64,000 bases of DNA from Macrostomum lignano (GCA_002269645.1 NIVC01000509.1:62001-126000), one strand, 5' to 3'; shown: positions 18,136 to 32,670, numbered from the stretch's first letter. Numbers and translations are program-made. The notes: a model not told the origin generated them from the letters alone.

Positions 18136-18623
18136 AGTGCCTGCTATGCACAAACTAAGGCCGACATTAAAGTTCTGGTATTTAAACCATAAAATCGATT
18201 GCCCACCTGAAGGCAACCACGTGCATAGCAAGCCGCCATAGTACTCATACCTAATGAGTCTAGGCAAATAATCGAGAGTCGTATCTCCGCAGTACTGCAT
18301 TGTCTACTGTGCACTATCGTCGGCAATTCTAATATAAACTTTATGAAATTCGAACGCCCACCTTCTAAGGCGCATGAGTGACACGCATCTTGTTAACTGG
18401 ATAACGTTTGAATAGTGTCTGTCACATTATCAGTAGGCAAAACGCAATAGTGGTGTGTCACACAAGGGCGAACAAAGTGCACAGTAGACCGCCATACTGC
18501 CCATACTTAATGAGCAGAGGCAATTATTTAATCATTTGGCACACATTTCAACTTTCCTAAGCTATATACCGCAGTACTGCATTGCCTACTGTGCATAAAC
18601 CTATCTATCCGAACAGTATACTA
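18136..18623 (+). repeat. ~488-bp direct repeat, copy 1 (copy 2 at 43786-44273)
   Basis: Read base by base as identical at offset 25650. Confidence 0.92.
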
Positions 18624-19322
18624 CTAGCAATCTAGTGCCCCCCTTCGGGGCGGCCAATGAGCAAGGGACGAATCCTTTATGAAAATAATTCTTAATTCGT
18701 TTATTAATTAATTTATAAATAGAATAGAATTTAATAATTAATTCTATTTTTTATTCTGGGATTATGTATAAATCAAACATATGCTATTTAACCATGCTTG
18801 CCATCTTTCAGAGCAATAGCGTGCTACTTCTGTAGCCGGGGGGGCTCCAGGTATTACACGGCAAGCAGTACGCCCTGCAACGGCTGCAAAAGCAGCAACA
18901 GCAGAAAAAAATGTTACTCATTGGCAGAACAGTTGGCTATAATACCAAGAGGCGTCAGTGGCGCTTTTGCAGAAGGCTTCACCAACAAGATGGTACCATT
19001 GCACAAATTCTGTTACGAACATTTCATTGGTGGCAATCTTACCACTTGTTGGCTTGCTTTAGTCTGCACAGCTGGTCATAGGCATTCACTTGGGAGCATG
19101 TAAATTTCACTCATTACTAATGAGCATTCAAAAACAGTTACAACCCTCCTCTTTTTGCAACCGGGCTTGGGACCGGCTTTGGCAGAGTTAAAGCCATCAC
19201 AAGAGACTATCTGGGGTTTGCAAAGGCTGCTTCAAACCCCCTCTGGCTGCATTTGCATGTACGAGGGCCATTCCAAAAGTTCATGCAATCAGACATTTTT
19301 TATTACAACAAAAAGCTGCTAA

Positions 19323-20127
19323 TTTGGGCTTCTATCACTGCACTACGAGACTCTCTGGCCGAACCCTTCATTTGGAACATTAATTGATTGAATTATCCTA
19401 TTGCTTGGAAAAGGACTCTAATTGAGCTTGTATCACCGCAGTATCAAGACTGTCTCTGACCGAACCCTTCAATTGGAACATTAATTGATTGAATTTTCCT
19501 ATTGCTTGGAAAAGGACTCTAATTGAGCTTCTATCACCGCAGTATCAAGACTGTCTCTGACCGAACCCTTCAATTGGAACATTAATTGATTGAATTTTCC
19601 TATCGCTTGGAAAAGGACTCTAATTGAGCTTCTATCACCGCAGTATCAAGACTGTCTCTGACCGAACCCTTCAATTGGAACATTAATTGATTGAATTTTC
19701 CTATTGCTTGGAAAAGGACTCTAATTGAGCTTCTATCACCGCAGTATCAAGACTGTCTCTGACCGAACCCTTCAATTGGAACATTAATTGATTGAATTTT
19801 CCTATCGCTTGGAAAAGGACTCTAATTGAGCTTCTATCACCGCAGTATCAAGACTGTCTCTGACCGAATCCTTCAATTGGAACATTAATTGATTGAATTT
19901 TCCTATCGCTTGGAAAAGGACTCTAATTGAGCTTCTATCACCGCAGTATCAAGACTGTCTCTGACCGAATCCTTCAATTGGAACATTAATTGATTGAATT
20001 TTCCTATCGCTTGGAAAAGGACTCTAATTGAGCTTCTATCACTGCAGTATCAAGACTGTCTCTGACCGAATCCTTCAATTGAAACATTAATTGACTGAAT
20101 TTTCCTATCGCTTGGAAAAGGACTCTA
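19323..20127 (+). repeat. 101-bp tandem repeat (~8 copies) in the Helitron 3' region
   Basis: GGAACATTAATTGATTG recurs at 19374, 19475, 19576 and onward. Confidence 0.95.
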
Positions 20128-21459
20128 ACAAACTCCACAAATTAGCACGAAAGTCAACTTCTAATCAACGGGCATGCATTAATACAACTTACTTCCAGGA
20201 ACTTAATCTGCACAAGTGCACCGGCAACTGGAATAAGCAAATGGCATGAACTTCTGGATTGAACCACGTATTAGAGTGGAAGAAATCTACCAGGGACATA
20301 CAAAAGCAGCGAAATGTCCATTTCAACCAACTCTCTGTCAGGCCCAGCACGTCTGCAGCCAGCCTGCTATCAACATTGACAATGGCAAAAATATCTCTTG
20401 TATTAATTTAATAATTCATCCTTAATATTGCTTTAACAAAGATAGACCAGAAGCTAGTAATTTCTTTTCTGGAATCTAAACGCAAAAATTAAACTGTATC
20501 ATATCTTTCCTAAGGTATCAATTTCTTAGAATCCCATTAAAGAACTTCTTAGAATGCCATTAGATAGGATGCCTGCTATTGGGGAACCCACCAAGTCATA
20601 TTTTACTTAGCCAAAATTGCAATCAAGTTTTCGGTCCACTTTCCTTATCGACCATCTTATTGCGCATTATGCCATAAGATGAAATTACGAGTATTAGAAT
20701 GCTATTACATGAGCACCTTAGAATTCCAGTATAGATACAATTCTTAGACTGTCATTAGATGAGATTCTGATGAGATGACAGATAAGTTAGAATGCCTGCT
20801 CGTTTTGTGGGGATGCCTGCCTTGTCTGCTGCCTGTTGTGTCACAAATTTTCCTTAAGCACCCAATTTAAAGGTCATATTCATGCCAATGCCAATGCAGC
20901 AGGAATTTTAGCATGTAGGGCCAAGGTAGCAATTATTTTTCCATGCTAAAATTTTACTTGTGATGGCTTTTCAACACATGTGCTTCAAAAACTCACTGAT
21001 TTCTTCAACTGCTAGAGAAATCTTCGCATAACATTCTGCTTGTTTCATCCGCCTGCGCACTCCAGTCGATTCGTGTTGACTCGAGTTGGCTCTCATCAGA
21101 CGGCACCAGTCTGTATAGTTTCTGTTGAACGTTAAATTCAATGAACAAAAGTTTACAGGTCTGCATCAGGAGTGACAAAATAGATATACGATTATGGAAT
21201 GGGTCACGAATAATAAAATAGATCAGAGATTACAAAAATAGATCATGGTTCACACAATGGTCAGAAAAGAAAGAATGGGTCTGAAAATATCCTTTCATTA
21301 TTTCCCACTTACAGTACACTTTTGGAATTTGCACTTTCAAGTCCCCGTTGTCACTGCCATGGTACAACATAGTAATCACCATCACCACGTCTAGTTTCAC
21401 TACATTATGGCTTGAGCAAAACATGCAAACATGTGTACATCATCAACTCACGCATATGC

Positions 21460-24400
21460 CTAGTCTCCTGTAAGCACTTCAGGGTAAACCACGTTCCTAG
21501 TCTTGGTTCCGAAAATTCGCACACGGACATTAGCCGCGTTCTTCGCTCGTGACAGAGCCGTGTACAGCTGGCCATGAGTGAAGCAACCGACTGCCAGGTC
21601 CACGCCAACTGTGTCCAGAGACTGTCCCTGCGACTTGTGGATCGTCAGGCAGAAACTCGGCTTCACAGGGAACTGCAGCCGCTTAAAACTGACGGGCAGG
21701 TCCGCATTGCTTGGAATCAGCGGAATTCGCGGCAGAAGAATCTCGTCTCCCGTGAACTGGCCGGCGGCAATCTTGCATCTAAGCACGTTATCGCCCATTG
21801 CGAGTATGATCAGCCGCGTACCATTGCACATCCGTGGCGGGTTGATGTTCCTGAGAAGCACCACCGGCATACCGACTTTCAGCCTCAGCAAGTGAATCGG
21901 AAAGTTTGGAGCATCCAGCTGGTTGAGCAACTCAGGCGGGAAGTGCGTAGCGGCATCCTCATCGGCCACGCTGTCTATCGAGCGGTACTCCCGCAGGCTG
22001 CCGGGGAACATGCCCAGGCACGTCTCATTAATGGCATCGACAGAGTCGTTGTAAGGCGCCAGGATCGCTCGGCTTGCAAAATAGCCGTCTCTCTCCACTG
22101 ACTCCTCAAACGATGGGTAAACAAAATTGATTAGATCAGTGAGTGGCCCCTCCGCAGATATCACGATCTCGATTGGGAGGGACACTTTCTCCTCCACATC
22201 CTGCTCCATTGTTCCAGATCCGATCTGTGAGGAGTGAAACAGTTAGTCAAAAGCTAGCCAGACTTTTAGGTTAGACATTCTGAATAAAGCACAATAAAAG
22301 CACTTTGCATTTTTTCCACAAAAACCCGCCCTTTAAATTTAACGCCCGGAATTATTAAATATTTAAGTCAACAAAGACCAAACTTACCTGCTTGAGTAGC
22401 TCGGTGTACTTCACATATGTTGCAGAATCGGAACTGCTCAGCAATCGGATGTTTCTCGTCAGACGATGCCGCCGGAAAAATTTCCACAGCGGGGATCTAC
22501 TAACACACGCCATAACGTTATTCGCACGCGTCCCATTCAAAACAACTGGCAAGAGCTGGCGAAAGTCACCAGCGCAAACAAACACCAGTCCGCCGAATGG
22601 CACGTCCTGCTTTCGCACGTCTCGCAAGCACCGGTCGACTGCCTCCAAATCCTTCCGGTTAGTCATGGAAATCTCGTCCCAGACAATTAGACGCGCTGTC
22701 CGAAACACGGCGGCTTGTTTGGACTGCACTCCAACAGAGCAGACGTCCTTGTTAGAGCGGACCGCCCGGATAGGGATCTTGAACCTGTCATGAACAGTTG
22801 GTTTCGGCGCAATCATGTACAGCGGAACAATGCGGCTTAGTCAGATAGTAAGCAACTCACGTGGAATGCGCAGTTTGTCCACCTGGCAACAGAGTCGCTG
22901 CGATTCCAGAAGCCGCAACGGCGAGGGCGACTTCCCCCCGGCTGCGCACGAAGGCCAGCAAAACCTCCAGTAGGAAGGTCTTGCCAGTGCCAGCGGGCGC
23001 GTCCAGGAAGTGCAAGCCGCCGTTGCCGCTCACAAGATCCTGAGTCACTGACTCGTACACCGCTTTCTGCTCGTCTGTCAGCATTGGTAAGCGCGCCTCA
23101 GTAATCTGCGCTTGCTCGACCGCATCGAACTGCATCGGTCCAACTTGAGGCATCGCGGATGCCGCAGGCAGGCCGTAATCTGGCAGGTTGTTCCCGCCCA
23201 TGGAGGTCAGCATGCTCTGCAGCTCGCGCAGCGCCAGGTCAGTAATCTCCTCGGTGCTCAAGTCTCGGTGATGAAACCGCAGGTCCTCGCACATATCCTC
23301 GGCAAAGCTGCACCAGAGGTCGTTGCCATCATCAGGGTCACCCCATATGAGAATGACAGCCAGAAGATGTCTCAGGGCTCTTGGCATTCTTGACTGAACG
23401 GCCTCAGCTAGGCACCGCCGCCAGTGGTCATCTCGCTGCAGCAGGCCGAGGGCCATGCAAGCAGCCTTGGCGCTCGGGTGCACAACGCCATCCACAGTCA
23501 GCAGCGCCTCAAAGCTGGTTGGTCCCCTAACCTGCAAAAGGAGCATGCGAACATAAAATAAATCACCAGTTCTTGGGCTCACCGTGTACATGCGTGCAAC
23601 GTTTGTGTTCCGCACTACACCCGGGTGGCCATCGACTTTCGCGCCTCGCTTCGCTCGCCGCCACACTCTTTCACTGGCATGCCAAACGAAGTAGGACGGC
23701 ACTCCGTGTAGAGCAAGGACCGAGCAAACTCGTCAGTACGACACAGCTTGAAAAATGCCGTCAACGTAGAGTCCCTCGGCGTCCTGGCTCTAGCACTTGC
23801 GGTCTGCTCGTTGAAATACACGAGCTGCTCCTCCGACTTGTGAACGCAGAGCCGGATGACCGCCGGAAATCTGTCGTGCACCTGATCAGAAGGTGGGAGA
23901 AATAAATACCTTTAAAGTTGTTGCTGACTTCTAAAGCTCACAGCTTTGCAATATTTAAAATTTAAAATACTTATTACTTCAAAGCCCAAAATGGTATTCA
24001 CGGCTTCCATTGGGCCAATGTAGCGCGCAGACAGATACTCCTTGATTTCATCACGCGGCCTCTCTCCATCGTTTGCCGCTACCGTTTCTGCCGGCTGTTG
24101 GCTACCCACAGCCTGCTCTCTCGGATCAGTTGAATTCTTATTGGCGTCGACTTTGAACGTCGCCATGTCGCCGCCCTTCAGCAAGTACTTGATCACGTAT
24201 TTGACCGACTTCACAGTGGCACAAACTTCAACGTTCATGTGGCACGCAAACTGGAGCAACAGGTCAGGGCTGTACGGAACAACCCACCTATATTTTTATT
24301 AAAAAAAGAATGTCATTAACTTTTAAAAATACAAAAGCAGAAAAGTACAACCAGGCAATATCATTTCAACTCGCCTGTTGTCCATGCGAATGCTGCGGCC

Positions 24401-27400
24401 TTTGAACAGTTTGTCCACCGTAAATCCGCCCATCTCAGGCGAGCGTCTGCGATACAAAGGGTAGCCAGTATCGCTGGTCAGCGTCACCTGCTGGAACTCC
24501 TTCGGAAAGCCCTTGCTGCATTCGCCATTCTCCATGCAAGGGCACGCCGGATTCTCCTTGCCGCAGGGGCCATGGATCATGTGCGTCTTCACCAGCTCAT
24601 ACAGCACAGGCTGCTGCTCTGGGTCCGGAATCTCGGCAGACACGATGTCATCGTATCGGTCCGGAGTCACCCGCTGGCCACTCGCGAGCCACAGCAGAAA
24701 GTGCACATGGGGGAGACCTGAATTATTAAAAAAAATATCGAAACATTTTTCAATTCAGTTATCCAATTTGTATCGAATTTGCATCACACAAACCATGCCT
24801 ATATTTAGTATTTTTGTAACGATATAAATATTATAAAACTTAACACTCAGAGTTGTACTCACCACGCTTTTGGTACTCTAGCGAGCAGACGTGCGCGGCC
24901 TCTTTCCCATAGCGCTTCGTTAGCTGAGCCAGCAGAGCTTTCTTCTTCATTTCAAAGACTCGGCTAACAATGTCCGGCCGGTGTTCAGCCCGCTGTCCAG
25001 GCAGCAGCTGGGCGCTGATCTCCGGCCATTTCGGATTGCACGTTGCGGTGACAAACAGGTCCGGCTTACCGAACTTGTGAACATAGGTCATAGCGTCCTG
25101 AAGCCTCTCCATCAGGTACCTTGGCCCGCCAACAAAGCTCGAGGACAGAAGCACATGCGCGGGCTTGCCTATGTCACTCGGATCTCTGTCGGTAGACCTG
25201 CCATCGGCTGCAAACAGAGCGTCCCGCAGACCGCTATACGTCTCGCTGCGCAGGTCCTGCTGATGGGTCCGCAAATACAGCAGCCTCTCTGCCTCAATCT
25301 TGGCACACATGTCCACCAGGTACTGTTGAAATAATCTTCGGCCATAGTGCAGCACACTGAACTGGCCCGCTCGCACCATGATTTCGCTTGCATAGTATTT
25401 CATGGGGGTCAATTTCTTGTCATTACTCATCCGCAACTCTGGGTGCCAGCCGTCCTCGCCATTCGGGAACAGCAGCACATACTCCAGCGGGTCATATGAG
25501 CGGTGCGTCTCACTGATTCGCTGAGAACCGCCACCACGCAGTTGAATCACGACGTCCCGACTGGCCGGTGCGTCCTCATTGTCCTCAACGATCAGGATAC
25601 CGACCTCGTTTGCCGTAGGCAAGTTGTAGCGCCTGATTTTAACGGAGTTCATGGGATACAAATTCTGTAGAAACTGAATCACTTATTACGCTTATTTTAC
25701 TTCTGCTTTCGTTTACATTTTTAAGTTTCGTTATAACAAACACACTAACTTACCGAATGTGTTCCCCAGATGGTCGACGGTCAGGGTGAATCACAATTCG
25801 CGCATCTCCCAGCTCTGGGTCTTGGCTAATTCGCTCAGCAGCAGCCTTCAGGCTGCGGACATAGCCATTGCACTCGTGAAGCAGCGTCTGCAGCAGCTCC
25901 AGTAGCTCCGGTTTTACCTTCTGGCTGAGACTCTGGCGGCTTTCGAGTTCGCGATCGTTGAAGTACACCTGTCATCCCTGAGCTTCAGCCGAAGCCTCTG
26001 CAAACAGCGGCGCCGTGCGGTGATGCATCTGGCCGCTGATGATGAAGCTGGGACACCAGCCTGGCACCAACCGCAGTTTGGCACCCAGCGATGTCAGGTG
26101 CAGCGCCGAATTGTAGCTCCTGATGTTGGCCAGGAACTCAACACTCAATCTGTGCCGCCCCATGTACAGATCCGCCAGCACTTGCGGCACGGTGCGGCTG
26201 GGCAGCTTCACCTTGCCTTTGGCGCAGCAGAAATTCCTGGTCTCTGCGCGCCAGAGTAGAGCACCACATTCCTGGCATGCCCTGTTCATTGGGCCGCAAT
26301 CATGGGCCGGGGCCTCTGGCCTCTGTATTCTGTCAGACCTGTGATTGAGTTAAATGCATGCACAAATAGTTACTATAATATAGACTGCCAAAATTTATGA
26401 AATGTACAGTGTAAATATAAAAACTAAAATATAAAAATTACACTGACCAGCAGCACAAAAAGCCTACCTATTTTGAGCAGATTCTGCATCAGAATGACCT
26501 GTACCAAAATGACCTGAATCGGAAAGATCTGCCCTCTGCTCCGTTAAACTCGGCGCTTCTGCATCTGCAACGGGCTCAGAAACTGGCAGTGGATCAGTCA
26601 CGCGCAACGACTCATAGTGTTCATGGCGTAAAAGGATACGCACAATTGCAGTGGGTGGCTGCACAGTGGACATGCAGTACTGCAATACACTGCCATTTGC
26701 CTGATAAATAACCAGGTCAACATTGAAAAAACGGCTTGAAAGTGGCACGACCTCATCAGGAACATAGGTGCCCTCAGAAAAAGACTCATTAATAATGGAA
26801 TCAGCATTATCCGGCAAAACAAAGCCTTCGTCAATTAATTCGGGCATTACCTGCACTGCACGACATGTCAGTTCATGCCTCAAAGACGCTGCATTGGTCT
26901 CAAGCGGAGTGCCCTGCAACTGGTCACATACTGCATGAAAAAAGCAATTTCCATCACCAGGGATTGGAACAACACTTAGCGTATTGAATGGTACCACAGC
27001 TGGTGTGGCCAACTCACTACTGTCAAACCTGAAAGATTGAAGTTATACTTTAGACTCTGAAAAACTCATTCCCACTGATACAGATTCCTAGAGAGTCAAC
27101 AAAAAGTCAATTCTCACAAATGCAGACCCTTACAAACATTCCTCCACAGACAGTTTCTTACAGTGGTTTCTTAGAAATTCTGATTCTTAGCACAAATCCT
27201 ACAAATAAAGATTCTTGAAAACGTATCCTAGAAAAGCAGTTTCTTATATAAACACAGTTCATCTCTACAAATAAACATTTTTTGAAACGTTTCTTAGACT
27301 TAGATATACAGATACAGTCAAATTAAAATGTTCATCTCACCTGTTAACCGACACTCCTCGACGGCGAATTTGGTCGGCCTCCACTCGAGCTCTTCGCTGA

Positions 27401-28026
27401 GCCTCAGTTTCCGTGGCCCTACGCTCACTTGTGCGCCGCCGAGCTGCAGTTAGGCGCTCTTCTCGCTGAGCGTCGGTCTCCACGGCACTCCGCTTAGCCT
27501 TTTGCTGTCGGAGTCCAGCCAGGCGCTCTTCGCGCTGAGCGTCGGTCTCCCTGGCCCTTCGCTCAGTCTCCTGCTGCCGGTGTGCAGCCAGGCGCTCTTC
27601 GCGCTGAGCGTCGGTCTCCCTGGCCCTTCGCTCAGTCTCCTGCTGCCGGTGTGCAGCCAGGCGCTCTTCGCGCTGAGCGTCGGTCTCCCTGGCCCTTCGC
27701 TCAGTCTCCTGCTGCCGGTGTGCAGCCAGGCGCTCTTCGCGCTGAGCGTCGGTCTCCCTGGCCCTTCGCTCAGTCTCCTGCTGCCGGTGTGCAGCCAGGC
27801 GCTCTTCGCGCTGAGCGTCGGTCTCCCTGTCCCTTCGCTCAGTCTCCTGCTGCCGGTGTGCAGCCAGGCGCTCTTCGCGCTGAGCGTCGGTCTCCCTGTC
27901 CCTTCGCTCAGTCTCCTGCTGCCGGTGTGCAGCCAGGCGCTCCTCTCGTTGAACAGCGGTCTCTTGCTGACGTTTCTTTTTGGCATCTCTGCTCTTTTTC
28001 AAAGCGCTGGTGCCACGTCGAGCCAT
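21460..28026 (-). pseudogene. Helitron RepHel gene (charged repeat, OTU protease, Cys-rich region, Rep/HUH, PIF1 helicase), 9 exons, ~1812 aa, one in-frame stop and one frameshift
   Basis: Exons 28026-27341, 27028-26468, 26338-25754, 25632-24863, 24717-24375, 24287-23978, 23881-22861, 22784-22388, 22224-21460 are phase-consistent. Motifs GDGNC/HYESL, FVTATCNP, EYQKRGLPHVH, YVIKYLLKG, APAGTGKT, WDEISM, GDFRQL, TIHKSQGQS. TGA at 25974-25972; 1-nt loss near 23703. Confidence 0.85.
27480..27950 (-). repeat. 69-bp coding repeat (23 aa, REERLAAHRQQETERRARETDAQ) x ~7 in RepHel exon 1
   Basis: Period measured 27522 to 27591; in frame with the ATG at 28026. Confidence 0.9.
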
Positions 28027-28479
28027 TTTAGAATTTGGATCGAAAAATATGATAGGAATTGAATTGAAAAATAAGATAGGTAGAATTAGAATGAAAAAGT
28101 AAAGATAGTCTGAGTGAGGGGTTGTGTGATAATTGACAAAGATAAGAAAACAATCATGACAAACTTTTTATACTCAGCGCACCACCCCCACCCCAAAAAG
28201 CTGTACACTATTCAGTGTTAATAAATGTACGTACACTAAACGTAAATTCTCTCCAGCGCCCGCTGCTAATTAATTGGTCAAGCTGCCCTTTAAAGCCAAA
28301 ATTCTCCTTACAAAACTGCTAATAAAATGGTCAAAGTCAACAAGCAGCGATGAACAAATAGATGTGCAAATACTCGTGCACATTTTACACTCATCTTTTT
28401 TACCACAAAGTTGTTAGCAATGTTGCATTGAAAACTTTCAATAAAAATCGCTTATATATATGAAAGTCGCTCTCTGCTA

Positions 28480-29640
28480 TGCAGTCTTGGTCTTGGTAAT
28501 CCTTGGATTATTAAGAGCAATAATCCTTGGCTTATCGAGTGCAGTAATCATTGATTTATTAAGAGCAATAATCCTTGGCTTATCGAGTGCAGTAATCCTT
28601 GGTTTGCCAAGAGCAATAGTCCTTGGTTTATCGAGTGCAGTAATCCTTGGTTTATTAATAGCAATAGTCCTTGATTAATCAAATGCATTAATCCTTGGTT
28701 TGTTAATAGCAATAGTCCTTGGTTTATCGAGTGCAGTAATTCCTGGTTTAGTAATAGCAATAATCCTTGGCTTATTGAGTGCAGTAATCCTTGGTTTATT
28801 AAGAGCAATAATCCTTGGCTTATTGAGTACAGTAATCCTTGGTTTATTAATAGCAATAGTCCTTGGTTTATCAAGTGCAGTGATCCTTGGTTTATTAAGA
28901 GCAGTAATCCTTGGCTTCTTGAGTGCAGTAATCCTTGGTTTAGTAATAGCAATAATCCTTGGCTTATTGAGTGCAGTAATCCTTGGTTTATTAAGAGCAA
29001 TAATCCTTGGCTTATTGAGTACAGTAATCCTTGGTTTATTAATAGCAATAGTCCTTGGTTTATCAAGTGCAGTGATCCTTGGTTTATTAAGAGCAGTAAT
29101 CCTTGGCTTCTTGAGTGCAGTAATCCTTGGTTTAGTAATAGCAATAATCCTTGGCTTATTGAGTGCAGTAATCCTTGGTTTATTAAGAGCAATAATCCTT
29201 GGCTTATTGAGTACAGTAATCCTTGGTTTATTAATAGCAATAGTCCTTGGCTTATCGAGTGCAGTAATCCTTGGTTTTCCAAGTGCAGTAATCCTTGGCT
29301 TATCGAGTGCAGTAATCCTTGGTTTATTAATAGCAATAATCTTTGGCTTATCGAGTGCAGTAATCATTGATTTATTAAGAGCAATAATCCTTGGCTTATC
29401 GAGTGCAGTAATCCTTGGTTTGCCAAGAGCAATAGTCCTTGGTTTATCGAGTGCAGTGATCCTTGGTTTATTAAGAGCAGTAATCCTTGGCTTCTTGAGT
29501 GCAGTAATCCTTGGTTTATTAATAGCAATAATCTTTGGCTTATCGAGTGCAGTAATCATTGATTTATTAAGAGCAATAATCCTTGGCTTATCGAGTGCAG
29601 TAATCCTTAGTTTATTAAAGAGCAATAATCCTTGGCTTAT
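28480..29640. repeat. 24-bp satellite (GTGCAGTAATCCTTGGYTTATTRA) upstream of RepHel, with a 192-bp (8-unit) higher-order block
   Basis: Tandem units; a 64-codon block recurs in the spurious 28700-29671 ORF. Confidence 0.85.
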
Positions 29641-30514
29641 GGAGTGGAGTAATCTAAGTGTTTTTATTTAGCTTTTAATAAAAAATTTTACACTACTACT
29701 TTTAAACTACTTAGATTCGAACCCAGGTTGCTGCATTAGCAGTCTGGTCTGTTCAGCTCTAGGCTAGCTCTCATCGAAGTTATCACTGAATTTGTACCAC
29801 TTATATAGTTCAACACTCACACAAAGTCAGGTAGAGTAAAAAGTCACGAAGCAGTTATGACATAATCAATTTCTTAGGCAAGTCAGTACCAGTCTCTATA
29901 AAAGTTAACAATATGGTTACGCAATATAAATTGAGTACTGTGCTATGCTTTCACACTCAACGCTGTGACGCAATTCAATTGAGTGTCTTGTGTATTGTGA
30001 TGCAATCTATTTCAGAATCAGAATTCAACCAGTCAGTTTTTCTGCTAGCATTCTTACAATGCATTTCAAGTCGAAAGAGCTGCTTGACCTTTGCAAAAAA
30101 GCATGTTTTTCGAATATTTAATCCCTTTAGCATCAAGCAATTTCTTAGCCACGATGCATGTACTGTCACGGGAAAATTACTGATCGAACAGTGCAAGTTC
30201 GAAGAAAATCGGTTGAGCCGTTTTTGCTAAAATCGATCACACACACACACATGCACACACACACATACCGACAGACCATTTTTAGTATATGGACTAGCAA
30301 TCTACGCCCCCCGTTGGGGAGCCAAAGAAATGCAATACACGTTTTTTTAATAAGCTACATGTATCCTTGAAATCTTAAAAAAATCTCCTGTCAAACCTTG
30401 TAAGCCTTGACATGTCAGTAATTCCCCCCCACAAGCTTTAAGTTATCAACTTCCCCCCTTGACATCACAGCAATGCCCCCAATAAGCCTTGGAAATCTAA
30501 AAACTGTCAACCTT

Positions 30515-30585
30515 CTAACCCTAACCCTAGCCTAACCCTAACCCTAACCCTAGCCTAACCCTAACCCTAACCCTAACCCTAACCT
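30515..30585 (-). repeat. Interstitial (TTAGGG)n tract inside a type C Helitron; related tracts at ~33547-33631, 33935-33970, 37045-37068, 39315-39349, 54733-54794
   Basis: CTAACC reiterations with CTAGCC variants. Confidence 0.9.
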
Positions 30586-31429
30586 ACCCCTAAAACATTG
30601 AAATTTCAGTAATTCTGAGTCATTATAGCACTACTACAGCATTATAGCGATTCCCTGCAAGCCTCGACATCGTAGGGATTCCCAAATGAATCTCTTAACT
30701 TCGACATGAAGCTTCTTTTATTTTTTACATTACGCTTTTTTTATCAGCGATCCCTCCCCTGAGGAGGCATCAAATAATGTAATAAAAAGTTTTCAATAAA
30801 CTACATGTAGCTTCTGACTTTAGCCTTGAAATCTCATTTATACCCCCGTGAGCCTTGACATCTCAGCTATTCCCCCCGTAAGCCTTAACATGTCAGCGAT
30901 GGCCCCCATAAACCTTGAAATCTAAAAAATCCCCTGTTATTCTGTTAACCTTGAAACCCGATAAAATATAACCCTCAACCCACACTTGACCTAAACCTAA
31001 CTTTAACCCAACCTAAAGCCTTGAAATCTCAGCAATTCTTCTCCCCTAAGCCTTGACATTTTAGTGATTCCTTCTTTAAGAATCACAGCACTATAACGAT
31101 TTCCACCTAGCTTTGACATCGTAGCAATTCCCAAATGAATCTTTTAACTTCGACATGACTTTTCTTTTATGTATACATAGTGCTACTTTTATTTTTTACA
31201 TGACTCTTCTTCTATCAGCGACCCCCCCCGTGGCGAGCCAACAAAGAATGCAATAAAAAAATTGAGTAAAGTACATGAACTTTGAAGTAGCTTCTGACTT
31301 TTGCTTTGACATCTCAGAACCCCCCCCCCGTAATGTCAGTTATTCTCTGAGAGCCTTTACGTCTCAGTTTTTCTCCCCAGCACAGCATTATAGCTGCATT
31401 TAATTTTTACATGACACCCTTCATGTCTG

Positions 31430-32670
31430 ACATGACGCTTCTTTTATTCTACCATGATGCTTCTTAATTTTTTAAATGACACTTTCATTAGTTTCTAAAT
31501 GAGGCTTCTATGATTTTTTCTTGACGCTTCTATGATTTTTATATGACGCTTCTATGATTTTTTACATGACGCTTCTATGATTTTTACATGACGCTTCTAT
31601 AATTTTTTACATGACGCTTCTATGATTTTTTACATGACGCTTCTATGATTTTTATATGACGCTTCTATGATTTTTTAAATGACGCTTTTACGATTGTTTA
31701 CATGACGCTTCTCTGATTTTTTACATGACGCTTCTATGATTGTTTACATGACGCTTTTATGATTGTTTACATGACGCTTCTATGATTGTTTACATGACGC
31801 TTTTATGATTGTTTACTTGACGCTTTTATGATTGTTTACATGACGCTTCTCTGATTTTTTACATGACGCTTCTATGATTGTTTACATGACGCTTTTATGA
31901 TTGTTTACATGACGCTTCTATGATTGTTTACATGACGCTCCTATGATTTTTTACATGACGCTTCTATGATTTTTTACATGACGCTTCTATGATTTTTAAA
32001 TGACGCTTCCATGATTTTAAAATGACGCTTCTACGATTTTTCACATGACACTTCTATGATTGTTTACATGACGCTTCTATGATTTTTTACATGACGCATC
32101 TATGATTTTTTAAATGACGCTTCTATGATTTTTATATGACGCTTCCATGATTTTTTAAATGACGCTTCTATGATTTTTATATGACGCTTCCATGATTTTT
32201 TAAATGACGCTTCCATGATTTTGAAATGACGCTTCTACGATTTTTCACATGACACTTCTATGATTGTTTACATGACGCTTCTATGATTTTTTACATGACG
32301 CTTCTATGATTTTTACATGACGCTTCTATGATTGTTGAAATGACGCATCTATGATTTTTATATGACGCTTCTATGATTTTTTAAATGACGCTTTTATGAT
32401 TGTTTACATGACGCTTCTCTGATTTTTTACATGACGCTTCTATAATTTTTTAAATGAGGCTTCTATGATTTTTATATGACGCTTCTATGATTGTTTGCAT
32501 GACGCTTCTATGATTTTTTACATGACGCTTGTATGATTTTTTAAATGACGCATCTATGATTTTTTACATGACGCTTCTATGATTTTTATATGACGCTTCC
32601 ATGATTTTTTAAATGACGCTCCCACGATTTTTTACATGACGCTTCTATGATTTTTATATGGCGCTTCTTT
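31430..32670. repeat. ~23-bp satellite (ATGACGCTTCTATGATTTTTTAC); also 34680-36150 and, inverted, 53060-53820
   Basis: Tandem units with variable T-run length. Confidence 0.93.

Larger units (their letters stand above)
18624..30293 (-). mobile_element. Classical Helitron, master-type copy (11.7 kb) encoding RepHel
   Basis: 5' TCCATATACTAAAAATGG at 30293; 3' GC-rich hairpin (18637-18651) plus CTAG at 18627-18624. The 3' end abuts the T of an A|T site that is intact in the second repeat copy. Confidence 0.9.

Noticed and set aside
28548-29671. Hydrophobic and basic repeat ORFs
   Set aside because: Products of the 24-bp satellite, open in several frames on both strands.
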